This document shows, piece by piece, positions 12,018-21,050 of a stretch of 39,736 nt of DNA. The position numbers were made by a program, and so were the translations under genes. Under the pieces are notes generated by a model. That model was given only the letters and a program-made list of their open reading frames with translations. It ran no database searches and was not told the DNA's origin. The stretch is from Nocardioidaceae bacterium (lineage in GTDB: Bacteria > Actinomycetota > Actinomycetes > Propionibacteriales > Nocardioidaceae). The stretch is taken from positions 1 through 39,736 of the forward strand of contig DASQMN010000020.1 of the NCBI GenBank assembly GCA_035645475.1, read 5' to 3'. Within the stretch, counting starts at the first letter, position 1; each line of letters starts with the position of its first letter.

Positions 12018-13408
12018 CGCAGCGCTCCAGCGGTCGAGGCGGCATGGGCACCGGTTGCGCGCCCCGCCTGAGCGGCGCTTCGGGCGTACGCGGTCGAGGC
12101 CGCCGAGTCGAACGGGCACCCGCCCCGCCGGATGTGGTCGAGGTACTCCTCGCGGAAGAACTCGATCGAGGAGGTGATCGGCGAGGTGGCGCCGTCACCG
12201 AGCGCGCAGAAGGACCGCCCCAGGATGTTCTCGCTGAGGTCGAGGAGCAGCTCGAGATCTGCCTCGCTGCCCTGGCCGTCCTCGAGGCGCTGCAGCGTCT
12301 GCACCAGCCACCAGGTGCCCTCACGGCACGGGGTGCACTTGCCGCACGACTCGTGCTTGTAGAACTCGGTCCAGCGCAGCACCGCCCGCACCACACAGGT
12401 GGTCTCGTCGAAGACCTGCAGTGCCTTGGTGCCGAGCATGGACTTCGCGGCCGTCACCTCCTCGTAGTCCAGGGGGACGTCGAGGTGCTCGGCGGTCAGC
12501 AGCGGGGTCGAGGAGCCGCCCGGGGTCCAGAACTTGAGCACATGCCCCTCCCGCACGCCACCGCCGAGGTCGAGCAGCTGGCGCAGGGTGATGCCCAGCG
12601 GCGCCTCGTACTGGCCGGGGGTCTGCACGTGGCCGGACAGCGAGTAGATCGTCATGCCCTTGGACTTCTCGGTGCCCATCGAGGAGAACCACTCGGCACC
12701 GCCGGTGAGGATGCATGGCACCGACGCGATCGACTCGACGTTGTTGATGACCGTCGGGCAGGCGTAGAGCCCGGCCACGGCCGGGAACGGCGGACGCAGG
12801 CGCGGCTGGCCGCGGCGGCCCTCCAGCGAGTCGAGCAGGGCGGTCTCCTCCCCGCAGATGTAGGCACCGGCGCCGGCGTGCACGACGACGTCGAGGTCGT
12901 AGCCGGAGCCGAGGATGTCCTTGCCGAGGTAGCCGGCTAGGTAGGCCTCCTGCACGGCGCGCTGCAACCGCCGGACGACGTGCAGCACCTCACCACGCAC
13001 GTAGATGAATGCGGTCGAGGCGCGGATGGCGAACGAGGAGATGATCACTCCCTCGAGCAGGGTGTGCGGCGCCGCCAGCATCAGCGGGATGTCCTTGCAC
13101 GTGCCCGGCTCGGACTCGTCGGCGTTGACGACGAGGTAGTGCGGCTTGTCGTCGCCTTGCGGGATGAAGCCCCACTTCATCCCGGTCGGGAAGCCCGCCC
13201 CACCACGACCGCGCAGCCCTGAGTCCTTGACCAGGGCGATGATGTCGTCCGGAGCCATCTCCAGCGCCTTGCGCAACCCGTCGTAGCCGCCCGAGCGCTC
13301 GTACGTCGCGATCGACCAGGACTGCTTCTTGTCCCAGGTCTCGGTGAGGACGGGGGTCAGGATGTTGATGTCTGACTCGGTGGCTGCCGTGCTTCCTGCC
13401 GGGGTCAC
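12014..13408 (-). CDS. nuoF: NADH-quinone oxidoreductase subunit F (NADH/FMN-binding)
   Basis: 464 aa. Contains [13 protein letters not shown] (FMN/NADH site) and [12 protein letters not shown] (N3 4Fe-4S). GTG start 13408 shares one base with the nuoE TAG. Confidence 0.96.
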   Translation of the reverse strand: MTPAGSTAATESDINILTPVLTETWDKKQSWSIATYERSGGYDGLRKALEMAPDDIIALVKDSGLRGRGGAGFPTGMKWGFIPQGDDKPHYLVVNADESEPGTCKDIPLMLAAPHTLLEGVIISSFAIRASTAFIYVRGEVLHVVRRLQRAVQEAYLAGYLGKDILGSGYDLDVVVHAGAGAYICGEETALLDSLEGRRGQPRLRPPFPAVAGLYACPTVINNVESIASVPCILTGGAEWFSSMGTEKSKGMTIYSLSGHVQTPGQYEAPLGITLRQLLDLGGGVREGHVLKFWTPGGSSTPLLTAEHLDVPLDYEEVTAAKSMLGTKALQVFDETTCVVRAVLRWTEFYKHESCGKCTPCREGTWWLVQTLQRLEDGQGSEADLELLLDLSENILGRSFCALGDGATSPITSSIEFFREEYLDHIRRGGCPFDSAASTAYARSAAQAGRATGAHAASTAGALR

Positions 13409-14388
13409 TATTGGGCTCCCTTGCCGGTGGTCGGCCCCTCGGCGTTGGAGGGGGAGTCGGCCGGGGAACCGGCCGGGTTCTGGCCCTTGCCCGTCGCGAT
13501 GGCACCCTCGTCCTCTGCACGGCCGGGGCCGGTGCGGCTGTCGAGGTGGGTGCTGCCCGACGAGGACGTGGCGTCGTCGTGTGCGCCGGCGGTGCGGTCC
13601 GCCGTACCCGGCTTGCCCTGCTCGGGCGCGGTCCAGCCGTGTTCACGTGCCATCCGCAGGCCGGCCAGCGTGGCCGGACCTGCGCCAGGGCCCTCGTCGG
13701 CGCGGTCGTCGGGGAATCCCGCGAGCACGCGCTCGGCCTGCCGCCAGGTGCACAGCCTCGGGCCGCGCGTGGCTGAGACCTCCGTCCCCGACCGCAGCGC
13801 GTCGACGAGCTGGACGGCGGAGGCAGGGGTCTGGTTGTCGAAGAACTCCCAGTTGACCATCACGACGGGTGCGTAGTCACACGCCGCGTTGCACTCGATG
13901 TGCTCGAGGGTGATGCGGCCGTCGTCGGTGGTCTCGTCGTTGCCGACGCCCAGGTGCTGCTTGAGCGTGGTGAGGATCTCGTCGCCGCCGAGCACCGCAC
14001 ACAGCGTGTTGGTGCACACGCCGACCAGGTGCTCGCCCATCGGGCGCCGCTTGTACATCGTGTAGAAGGTCGCGACCGCCGACACCTCGGCAGGGCTGAC
14101 GGACAGCAGTGCCGCGCACGTCTCGATGCCGGCCGGTGTCACGTACCCCTCGACCGACTGGACCAGGTGCAGCATCGGCAGCAGAGCGGAGCGCGGTTCG
14201 GGATAACGCTCGATGATCGAGCGCAGCTCGACGACCAGCCGGGGGTCGAGGCGAGGGGTGCCGGTCTCGCGCGTCGTGGCGGTGGCGATAGCGGTCTCGG
14301 TGCCGTCGTTGTCCGACATCGACACCGGCTCTTCGCGCGGAACGTCTGGAGTGGGACTGGTGCTTGGCCCCGTATTGGGCAGGGTCAT
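13408..14388 (-). CDS. nuoE: NADH-quinone oxidoreductase subunit E (2Fe-2S), with low-complexity tails
   Basis: The true start ATG 14388 shares one base with the nuoD TGA (TGATG); the track ORF extends spuriously to 14940. Cys ligand pattern: CTNTLC ... ECNAACDYAP. An alternative start is the MSDNDG Met 23 codons downstream. Confidence 0.9.
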   Translation of the reverse strand: MTLPNTGPSTSPTPDVPREEPVSMSDNDGTETAIATATTRETGTPRLDPRLVVELRSIIERYPEPRSALLPMLHLVQSVEGYVTPAGIETCAALLSVSPAEVSAVATFYTMYKRRPMGEHLVGVCTNTLCAVLGGDEILTTLKQHLGVGNDETTDDGRITLEHIECNAACDYAPVVMVNWEFFDNQTPASAVQLVDALRSGTEVSATRGPRLCTWRQAERVLAGFPDDRADEGPGAGPATLAGLRMAREHGWTAPEQGKPGTADRTAGAHDDATSSSGSTHLDSRTGPGRAEDEGAIATGKGQNPAGSPADSPSNAEGPTTGKGAQ

Positions 14389-15761
14389 CAGCGGTCGACA
14401 CCCCCCATCACCGGGTCGAGGCTCGCGATGGCGACGATCACGTCGGCCACCTGGCCGCCCTCGCTCATCACCGACGCGCTCTGCAGGTTGACGAAGGAGG
14501 GGTCTCGGAAGTGCGCACGGTAGGGCCGGGTGCCGCCGTCGGAGACCAGGTGACAGCCGAGCTCGCCACGCGGTGACTCCACCAGCGTGTACGCCTGTCC
14601 GGGCGGCACGCGGAAGCCCTCGGTCACCAGCTTGAAGTGGTGGATCAGCGCCTCCATCGACTCGCCCATGATGTGGCGGATGTGGTCGAGGGAGTTGCCC
14701 ATGCCGTCGGCGCCGATCGCCAGCTGCGCCGGCCAGGCGATCTTGCGGTCGGCGACCATGACCGGGGCTCCTTCCAGCCCGGCGAGACGCTCGGCGCACT
14801 GCTCGACGATGCGCAGCGACTCCCACATCTCGTCCAGCCGGATGCGGAAGCGGCCGTACGCGTCGCAGGTGTCGCGGGTGACCACCTCGAATTCGTAGTC
14901 CTCGTAGCCCCAGTACGGCTGCGTGCGCCGCAGATCCCACGGGTAGCCGGTCGCCCGCAGGACAGGACCGGTGGCGCCAAGGGCGAGGCAGGTGGCGAGG
15001 TCCTGGTACCCCACGTCGACCAGCCGACCCTTGAAGATCGGGTTCTCGTTGCAGAAGGCGGCGTACTCGGGCAGCCGCTGCTTCATCGTCTTGACGAACT
15101 CGCCGATGCCCTCCAGGGCGCCGGCCGGGAGGTCCTGGGCCACCCCGCCCGGGCGGATGAACGCGTGGTTCATGCGAAGTCCGGTGATGTGCTCGAACAG
15201 GTCCAGCACCAGCTCGCGCTCACGGAACCCGATCGTCATCACGGTGAGCGCCCCGATCTCCATGCCACCGGTGGCGATGGCCACCAGGTGTGAGGAGATG
15301 CGGTTCAGCTCCATCAGCAGCACGCGCATGACCAGGGCCTTCTCGGGCACGTCGCCCTCGATGTCGAGCAGCCGCTCGACACCCATCGAGTAGACCGACT
15401 CGTAGTGCAGGGGCGCGAGGTAGTCCATCCGGGTGCAGAACGTGACGCCCTGCACCCAGGTTCGGTACTCCATGTTCTTCTCGATGCCGGTGTGCAGGTA
15501 GCCGATCCCGGCGCGGCAGTCCGTGACGGTCTCGCCGTCGAGCTCGAGGATCAGCCGGAGCACGCCGTGGGTGGAGGGGTGCTGGGGGCCCATGTTGACC
15601 ACCACGCGCTCCTCGGAGCTCTCGGCGACGCCGGAGACCACCGAGTCCCAGTCCTGCCCGGTGACGGTGTAGACGGGCCCGGTGGCCTGGGAGTACGCGC
15701 CCGAGGAGTCCCCCGGGGCGTAGGCATCGGCACCGGCGCGCGCGGTGGTCTGTTCGCTCAT
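14388..15761 (-). CDS. nuoD: NADH-quinone oxidoreductase subunit D
   Basis: Start ATG 15761 shares one base with the nuoC TGA. Contains the motif [15 protein letters not shown]. Roughly 457 aa. The upstream part of track ORF 14388..16292 overlaps nuoC out of frame. Confidence 0.95.
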   Translation of the reverse strand: MSEQTTARAGADAYAPGDSSGAYSQATGPVYTVTGQDWDSVVSGVAESSEERVVVNMGPQHPSTHGVLRLILELDGETVTDCRAGIGYLHTGIEKNMEYRTWVQGVTFCTRMDYLAPLHYESVYSMGVERLLDIEGDVPEKALVMRVLLMELNRISSHLVAIATGGMEIGALTVMTIGFRERELVLDLFEHITGLRMNHAFIRPGGVAQDLPAGALEGIGEFVKTMKQRLPEYAAFCNENPIFKGRLVDVGYQDLATCLALGATGPVLRATGYPWDLRRTQPYWGYEDYEFEVVTRDTCDAYGRFRIRLDEMWESLRIVEQCAERLAGLEGAPVMVADRKIAWPAQLAIGADGMGNSLDHIRHIMGESMEALIHHFKLVTEGFRVPPGQAYTLVESPRGELGCHLVSDGGTRPYRAHFRDPSFVNLQSASVMSEGGQVADVIVAIASLDPVMGGVDR

Positions 15762-16546
15762 CAGTTGTACGACCTTCGCTGGTCGGGCGGGGGGATGACT
15801 GCGCCCTTGTACTCGACGGGGATGCCGCCGAGCGGGTAGTCCTTGCGCTGCGGGTGTCCGGGCCAGTCGTCGGGCATCTCGATGCGGGTGAGCGCCGGAT
15901 GCCCGTCGAAGATCAGGCCGAAGAAGTCGTAGGTCTCGCGCTCGTGCCAGTCGGCGGTGGGGTAGACGCTCGTCACGCTGGGGATGTGCGGATCCGAGTC
16001 GGGGGCGGTGACCTCGAGCCGGATGCGTCGGTTGTGGGTCATCGAGAGCAGGTGGTACACCGCGTGCAGCTCCGCGCCCCTCTCGCCGGGGTAGTGGACT
16101 CCGGAGACGCCCGACAGCACCTCGAAGCGCAGGTCCTGGTCGTCCCGCAGCCGGCTCACGGTGGGCACCAGGTGCTCCCGGCGTACGTGGAACGTGATCT
16201 CGCCGCGGTACACGACCACCTTCTCCACGGCCTCGGTCCCGACCGAATCGCTGAGCACGGCCTGCAGCCGGTCGGCGACCTCGTCGAACCACCCGCCGTA
16301 CGGACGTGGGGTCGCCGCGGGCAGGGTGATCGGACGGACCAGCCCGCCGTAGCCGGAGGTGTCACCGGACCCGCGGGCACCGAACATGCCTTCGCGTACG
16401 TCGACGATGTCGAGCGTGCGGGCATCGGTGGTCGGCACCACGGCCGGCGACAGGGTGTTCTCGGGCGTCCGCCCGAGGTGGCCCTCGCCGGGCCGGTTGC
16501 CGGCGGGGCCGGCGTCGGCTGGGTCCTTGCCGGGGGTGTCGCTCAC
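15761..16546 (-). CDS. nuoC: NADH-quinone oxidoreductase subunit C
   Basis: GTG 16546 overlaps the nuoB TGA (GTGA). The core shows [18 protein letters not shown] and [18 protein letters not shown]. The N-terminal 45 aa or so are Pro/Gly-rich. Confidence 0.92.
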   Translation of the reverse strand: MSDTPGKDPADAGPAGNRPGEGHLGRTPENTLSPAVVPTTDARTLDIVDVREGMFGARGSGDTSGYGGLVRPITLPAATPRPYGGWFDEVADRLQAVLSDSVGTEAVEKVVVYRGEITFHVRREHLVPTVSRLRDDQDLRFEVLSGVSGVHYPGERGAELHAVYHLLSMTHNRRIRLEVTAPDSDPHIPSVTSVYPTADWHERETYDFFGLIFDGHPALTRIEMPDDWPGHPQRKDYPLGGIPVEYKGAVIPPPDQRRSYN

Positions 16547-17097
16547 CGCAGCAGTCCCTTGAGCTCGGAGGTGGGCGGCGCGGTCAGCGCAGCCTTCTCC
16601 TGCTCGACGATCTGGGCGTTGCGGTTGGCGCCCAGCTTCGTGTGCTGGATCTGGTCGTGCAGCTTCAGGATCGAGTCGATCAGCATCTCCGGGCGGGGCG
16701 GGCAACCGGGGAGGTACATGTCGACGGGCACGACGTGGTCGACGCCCTGCACGATCGCGTAGTTGTTGAACATGCCGCCCGAGCTCGCGCACACCCCCAT
16801 CGCCAGGACCCACTTCGGGTTGGGCATCTGGTCATAGATCTGCCGCAGCACCGGTGCCATCTTGTTGCTGACCCGCCCGGCGACGATCATCAGGTCGGCC
16901 TGGCGCGGTGAGGCACGGAAGACCTCCATGCCGAACCGGCCGAGGTCGTAGCGGGGACCGCCGGAGGTCATCATCTCGATCGCGCAGCACGCCAGACCGA
17001 AGGTGGCCGGCCAGAGCGACGCCTTGCGGAAGTAGCCGGCCACGCCTTCGACGGTGGTGAGCAGCACTCCGCTGGGTAGCTTCTCCTCGAGACCCAT
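16543..17097 (-). CDS. nuoB: NADH-quinone oxidoreductase subunit B
   Basis: I chose the internal ATG 17097 ([10 protein letters not shown]…), which gives 184 aa, the canonical NuoB length. Contains the motifs [10 protein letters not shown] and GCPPRPE. The track start 17181 would overlap nuoA by 20 nt. Confidence 0.9.
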   Translation of the reverse strand: MGLEEKLPSGVLLTTVEGVAGYFRKASLWPATFGLACCAIEMMTSGGPRYDLGRFGMEVFRASPRQADLMIVAGRVSNKMAPVLRQIYDQMPNPKWVLAMGVCASSGGMFNNYAIVQGVDHVVPVDMYLPGCPPRPEMLIDSILKLHDQIQHTKLGANRNAQIVEQEKAALTAPPTSELKGLLR

Positions 17098-17161
17098 CAG
17101 TGGTGCTCGCTTTCTGTCGTCGCTGCCGTGGTCGTACGCCGTGCTGCCCGGAATGGTGTGG

Positions 17162-17536
17162 TCAGTCCCACTCCAGACCACCCCTGCGCCAGACGTAGGC
17201 GTAGGCGACGAACACGGTGCCGATGAAGATCGACATCTCGATCAGGCCGTACCAGCCGAGGCCGTCGAAGGCGACCGCGAAGGGGTACAAGAAGATGATC
17301 TCGATGTCGAAGATGATGAAGAGCATCGCGGTGATGAAGTACTTGACCGGGAACCGGCCGCCACCGATGGGCTGCGGCGTCGGCTCGATGCCGCACTCGT
17401 AGGAGTCCAGCCGCGCGCGGTTGTAGCGCTTGGGACCGGTGAACGTGCTGATCGTGACCGAGAAGATCGCGAAGCCGGCCGCGAGGGCTCCGATGGCAAG
17501 AATCGGGATGTACTCGTTCATGGGCAGCCGGTCCAT
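17162..17536 (-). CDS. nuoA: NADH-quinone oxidoreductase subunit A
   Basis: 124-aa three-TM protein with YECGIEP. An alternative start, ATG 17521 (MNEYIPIL…), is equally plausible. Confidence 0.92.
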   Translation of the reverse strand: MDRLPMNEYIPILAIGALAAGFAIFSVTISTFTGPKRYNRARLDSYECGIEPTPQPIGGGRFPVKYFITAMLFIIFDIEIIFLYPFAVAFDGLGWYGLIEMSIFIGTVFVAYAYVWRRGGLEWD

Positions 17537-17654
17537 CCGGTGAGCGGTGCGGGGGCTGTGCGGGCGACGTTCATCCTAAGACGGGCCCCTGACGTGACGG
17601 GCACCGCCACAGCGGCAGACACGGCACGCGCCGAACCCGCCTGATAAGAAGCGA

Positions 17655-18944
17655 TCATGCCGCCGGAGCCACCTTCGACAGTGCGTTGATCAACCGGTCC
17701 GAGGTGTCCCCGTCTCGGGGGTCCGTGAGGTTGGCGAGCAGCTTCAGCGTGAAGCGCATCAACCGCTCGCGCGGCAGACCGTGCCGGGTCGCCTGCTTCA
17801 TCACCTCGGGGTGACCGATGAGCTTCACGAAGATCCGGCCCAGCGTGTAGTAGCCGCCGTAGCGGGCGTCCAGCGCGGCGGGGTAGGCGTTGAGCGACCG
17901 CTCCTGCTCGGCGAACGGGCGGCCGAGAGCCTGCGTGATGACCTCGGCGGCCATCTCCCCGGACTCCATCGCGTACGCGATGCCCTCACCGTTGAACGGG
18001 TTCACCATGCCGCCGGCATCCCCGACGAGCAGCACCCCGCGGGTGTAGTGCGGCTTGCGGTTGAACCCCATCGGCAGCGCCGCGCCACGGATGGGTGAGG
18101 TCATGTTCTCGTCGCGGAAGCCCCACTCGGCCGGAGTGTTCTCCAGCCAGCGGCGCAGCAGGTCCTTGTAGTCGACGCTGCCCCAGGCGCTGGAGGTGTT
18201 GAGAATGCCCAGCCCGACGTTGGCGGTGCCGTCACCGACACCGAAGATCCATCCGTAGCCGGGAAGCAGGTCGCCGGTGCCAGGCTCGCCGGCCCAGAGC
18301 TCGAGCCAGGACTCCAGCCAGTCGTCGTCATGTCGCGGGCTGGTGTAGTAGGTGCGGACCGCGACACCCATGGGGCGGTCGTCTCGCTTGCTCACTCCCA
18401 TCGAGAGGGCGAGTCGTGCGGAGTTGCCGTCGGCGGCCACCACGACGGGTGCGGAGTAGGTGACCTCGTCGCCGGCCTTGCGGCCGACGTCATCGACCGG
18501 CTTGGCCGTCACCCCGACCACCCGGCCGGTGGCGTCGATGACGGGGCCGGTGACAGCCGTGCGCTCGAGCAGCCGGGCGCCGGACTTCTGGGCGTGCCGG
18601 GCCAGGGTCTCGTCGAAGTCGAGCCGGGTGCGGACGAGCCCGTAGGCGGGGTAGCTGGCCAGATCCGGCCAGGGGATCTGCAGCCGGTGCCCGCCGCCGA
18701 TGATGCGCAGACCCTGGTTCTTCACCCAGCCCGGTGCGTCGACGTCGATGCCCATGCGCAGCAGCTGGCGTACGGCTCGGGGGGTGAGGCCGTCGCCGCA
18801 GACCTTCTCGCGGGGGAACGCCGTCTTCTCCAGCAGCAGCACATCGGCTCCGGCCTGGGCCAAGTGGTGCGCTGCGGCAGCGCCGGCCGGGCCGGCGCCA
18901 ACGACGATCACGTCCGCGTGCCGGTCGGTGCCCAGGGTGGTCAT
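17655..18944 (-). CDS. menJ: FAD-dependent geranylgeranyl reductase family oxidoreductase, probable menaquinone isoprenyl-tail reductase (MenJ-like)
   Basis: 429 aa. N-terminal dinucleotide fold DVIVVGAGPAGAAAAHHLA...LLEK. Overall geranylgeranyl reductase layout. It lies beside menG and near a polyprenyl synthase, as with mycobacterial Rv0561c (from memory). Confidence 0.75.
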   Translation of the reverse strand: MTTLGTDRHADVIVVGAGPAGAAAAHHLAQAGADVLLLEKTAFPREKVCGDGLTPRAVRQLLRMGIDVDAPGWVKNQGLRIIGGGHRLQIPWPDLASYPAYGLVRTRLDFDETLARHAQKSGARLLERTAVTGPVIDATGRVVGVTAKPVDDVGRKAGDEVTYSAPVVVAADGNSARLALSMGVSKRDDRPMGVAVRTYYTSPRHDDDWLESWLELWAGEPGTGDLLPGYGWIFGVGDGTANVGLGILNTSSAWGSVDYKDLLRRWLENTPAEWGFRDENMTSPIRGAALPMGFNRKPHYTRGVLLVGDAGGMVNPFNGEGIAYAMESGEMAAEVITQALGRPFAEQERSLNAYPAALDARYGGYYTLGRIFVKLIGHPEVMKQATRHGLPRERLMRFTLKLLANLTDPRDGDTSDRLINALSKVAPAA

Positions 18945-18969
18945 CGAGTCCTCGAGGCGACGGTGGCAG

Positions 18970-18993
18970 CGCTCGTGAATGAGTTCACGAGCG
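18970..18993. promoter_or_regulatory. Perfect 10-4-10 palindrome CGCTCGTGAA-TGAG-TTCACGAGCG; candidate Rex (redox repressor) operator, or a hairpin terminator
   Basis: Read directly from the sequence. The core TCGTGAA-N4-TTCACGA matches 6 of 7 positions per half-site against the Rex consensus TTGTGAA-N4-TTCACAA. It lies 26-49 nt upstream of the menJ-like start. Confidence 0.45.
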
Positions 18994-19003
18994 ACATGAT
19001 GTC

Positions 19004-19032
19004 AGTTTATGCCCCCACCATCGCGTTTGCCA
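19004..19032 (-). promoter_or_regulatory. Candidate sigma-70-type promoter TGGCAA-N17-TAAACT for the menJ-nuo string
   Basis: Hexamers read on the minus strand (19032->19027 and 19009->19004). The -10 fits the actinobacterial TANNNT pattern. No experimental support. Confidence 0.25.
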
Positions 19033-19036
19033 CCGG

Positions 19037-19729
19037 TCAGAGACGCCGGGCCGAGTGCAAGGCGACGATGCCCCCGGACAGGTTTCGCCAGGCCACCTCG
19101 GACCACCCGGCGGTACGCAAGCGCGCGGCCAGGCCGGCCTGGTCGGGCCACGCGCGGATCGACTCGGCGAGATAGACGTACGCGTCGGGATTGGACGAGA
19201 CGGCACGAGCCACCCGCGGCAGCGCGCGCATCAGGTACTCGATGTAGACGGTGCGAAACGGCGCCCACACCGGCGCGCTGAACTCACACACCACCAGCCG
19301 GCCACCGGGGCGCGTCACCCGCAGCATCTCCGTCAGCGCCGCCTCGGCGTCGACGACATTGCGCAGCCCGAAGGAGATCGTCACCACGTCGAACGCCGCG
19401 TCGCCGAAGGGCAGCCGGGTGGCGTCGCCGCCGGTGAACGGCAGCTGCGGGAAGTGCCGCTTGCCCACGCGCAACATGCCCTTGCTGAAGTCGCACGGCA
19501 CGACGAACGCCCCCGCGGCCGCGAAGGGCTGGCTCGAGGTGCCGGTGCCGGCCGCGAGGTCGAGCACCCGCTCCCCCGGTCTCGCCGCCACCAGGTCGAC
19601 CACCTGCCGCCGCCAGCGGCGGTCCTGCCCCAAGGACAGGACGTCGTTGGTGAGGTCGTAGCGCCGGGCGACCGCGTCGAACATGCCAGCCACCTCGGAC
19701 GGTCGCTTGTCCAGGCTGGCGCGGTTCAC
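19037..19729 (-). CDS. menG: demethylmenaquinone methyltransferase (UbiE/MenG family)
   Basis: 230 aa with GTG start. The N-terminus [41 protein letters not shown] and the SAM motif VLDLAAGTG closely match remembered mycobacterial MenH/UbiE. Confidence 0.93.
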   Translation of the reverse strand: MNRASLDKRPSEVAGMFDAVARRYDLTNDVLSLGQDRRWRRQVVDLVAARPGERVLDLAAGTGTSSQPFAAAGAFVVPCDFSKGMLRVGKRHFPQLPFTGGDATRLPFGDAAFDVVTISFGLRNVVDAEAALTEMLRVTRPGGRLVVCEFSAPVWAPFRTVYIEYLMRALPRVARAVSSNPDAYVYLAESIRAWPDQAGLAARLRTAGWSEVAWRNLSGGIVALHSARRL

Positions 19730-19790
19730 CGAACCAGCCTCGCACCCGCGCTCGCCCCTGGCACCGCGGGTCGCCGTACCCTGGCTCGTT

Positions 19791-21050
19791 GTGACCTCAG
19801 CCGCCGTCGCTCACCCGACGCCGTCACCGCTCGTCGTACGCACCGTGGCGGTCGAGGACCCCGGCGACCTGGTCGCCCTGCTGCCGGCCGATGCGCCGCT
19901 CGCATGGGTGCGCCGGGGCGAGGGTCTCGTGGCATGGGGCGAGACCGCTCGTCTGGAGGTCGCGGGGCCCGACCGGTTCGAGCTGGCGCAGCGCTGGTGG
20001 GCGACGCTGAGCGCCTCTGCGGTGATCCGGGACGAGGTCGGTGTGCCGGGCACCGGACTCGTGGCGATGACGTCCATCGCGTTCGCCGACGGCGCCTCGG
20101 TGCTCCTGGTGCCCGAGGTGCTGGTCGGCCACCGGGTCCGCTCCGGGCGGTCGGTGTGGTGGGTCACCACGGTCTCCGTCGGCAACATGCCGACCGCTCC
20201 GGTGCTGCAGCCGCAGCCCGCGCCACCCGCACCGGCTGGCCTGCGCTACGCCGACGGGGCCATGTCGGGCGCGCAGTGGGAGGGCCAGGTGAGCGAGGCG
20301 GTACGCCGCATCGCCACCACGGAGCTGGAGAAGGTCGTGCTGGCTCGCGACCTGATCGCCCACGCGGACGAGGTCGTGGACGTGCGGTGGCCGCTGCGGC
20401 GGCTTGCCGTCTCGTATCCCAGCTGCTGGACGTACAGCGTGGACGGAATGGTCGGCGCGACCCCCGAGCTGCTGGTGCGCCGCGAGCGTGGGCTGGTGAC
20501 GTCCCGGGTGCTCGCCGGCACCATTCGACGCACCGGCGACGACGAGCACGACCTGGCGCTTGCCGCCGCGCTGGCTCGCAGCAGCAAGGACCTCGAGGAG
20601 CACGAGTACGCGGTGCGCTCGGTCGCCGACGCCCTGGCGGCGCACTGCACCAGCGTCAACGTGCCCGAGGCGCCGTTCGTGCTGCACCTGCCCAACGTGA
20701 TGCACCTGGCCACCGATGTCGCCGGTGTGCTGGACGACGACACGTCGGTGCTGGGGCTGGCCGCGGCGCTGCACCCCTCAGCGGCCGTGGGCGGCACTCC
20801 GACCGGTGCGGCGCTCGCCGCCATCGCCGAGCTCGAGCGGATGGATCGGGGCCGCTACGCCGGGCCGGTCGGCTGGATCGACGCCGACGGTGAGGGTGAG
20901 CTCGGCATCGCGCTGCGGTGCGCCCATGTCGACGGCTCGCGTCTGCGGCTCTTCGCCGGCTGCGGCATCGTCGCAGGCTCCGACCCCGTCGAGGAGCTGG
21001 CGGAAGCCCAAGCCAAGCTCGTCCCGGTACGTGACGCCCTCAGCCGCTGA
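19791..21050 (+). CDS. menF: isochorismate synthase
   Basis: Chorismate-binding C-terminal signature: [45 protein letters not shown]. The start is uncertain. Track ATG 19683 would overlap the divergent menG by 47 nt, so the in-frame GTG 19791 was chosen. Confidence 0.8.
   Translation: MTSAAVAHPTPSPLVVRTVAVEDPGDLVALLPADAPLAWVRRGEGLVAWGETARLEVAGPDRFELAQRWWATLSASAVIRDEVGVPGTGLVAMTSIAFADGASVLLVPEVLVGHRVRSGRSVWWVTTVSVGNMPTAPVLQPQPAPPAPAGLRYADGAMSGAQWEGQVSEAVRRIATTELEKVVLARDLIAHADEVVDVRWPLRRLAVSYPSCWTYSVDGMVGATPELLVRRERGLVTSRVLAGTIRRTGDDEHDLALAAALARSSKDLEEHEYAVRSVADALAAHCTSVNVPEAPFVLHLPNVMHLATDVAGVLDDDTSVLGLAAALHPSAAVGGTPTGAALAAIAELERMDRGRYAGPVGWIDADGEGELGIALRCAHVDGSRLRLFAGCGIVAGSDPVEELAEAQAKLVPVRDALSR

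Noticed and set aside
12018-12119. N-terminal extension of the nuoG ORF ([16 protein letters not shown]…).
   Set aside because: It lies inside nuoF in another frame, and the ATGA coupling at 12014-12017 gives a canonical NuoG N-terminus.
13642-13647. Isolated Rex-like half-sites TTCACG/TTCACA inside coding DNA (13642-13647 in nuoE, 34766-34771 in the resA-like gene, 37122-37127 in hemL).
   Set aside because: No matching inverted partner lies at N4 spacing. Single hexamers are expected by chance.
14389-14940. Upstream 184 codons of the ORF containing nuoE. The same applies to 15762..16292 (nuoD), 16547..16813 (nuoC), 27102..27284 (menC), 35023..35145 (resA-like), 35835..36080 (histidine phosphatase) and 26047..26109 (glyoxalase).
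   Set aside because: All overlap the preceding gene out of frame with Arg/Gly/Pro-rich translation. Each has an internal start forming a 1- or 4-nt stop/start overlap, or a family-typical N-terminus.
19723-19735. Small palindrome GGTTC-ACC-GAACC overlapping the menG GTG start in the menG/menF divergent region.
   Set aside because: Arms are only 5 bp in GC-rich DNA, which is likely chance. It does not resemble any operator I know.
19055-20893. 612-aa + strand ORF spanning menG (antisense) and menF (out of frame). Similar long ORFs include 3440..4573, 24693..25868, 33169..34404, 15..806 and 10932..11711.
   Set aside because: The translations are Arg/Pro/Gly/Ala-rich with no motifs. They overlap strongly supported genes and are the expected artefact of stop-codon scarcity in roughly 70% GC DNA.
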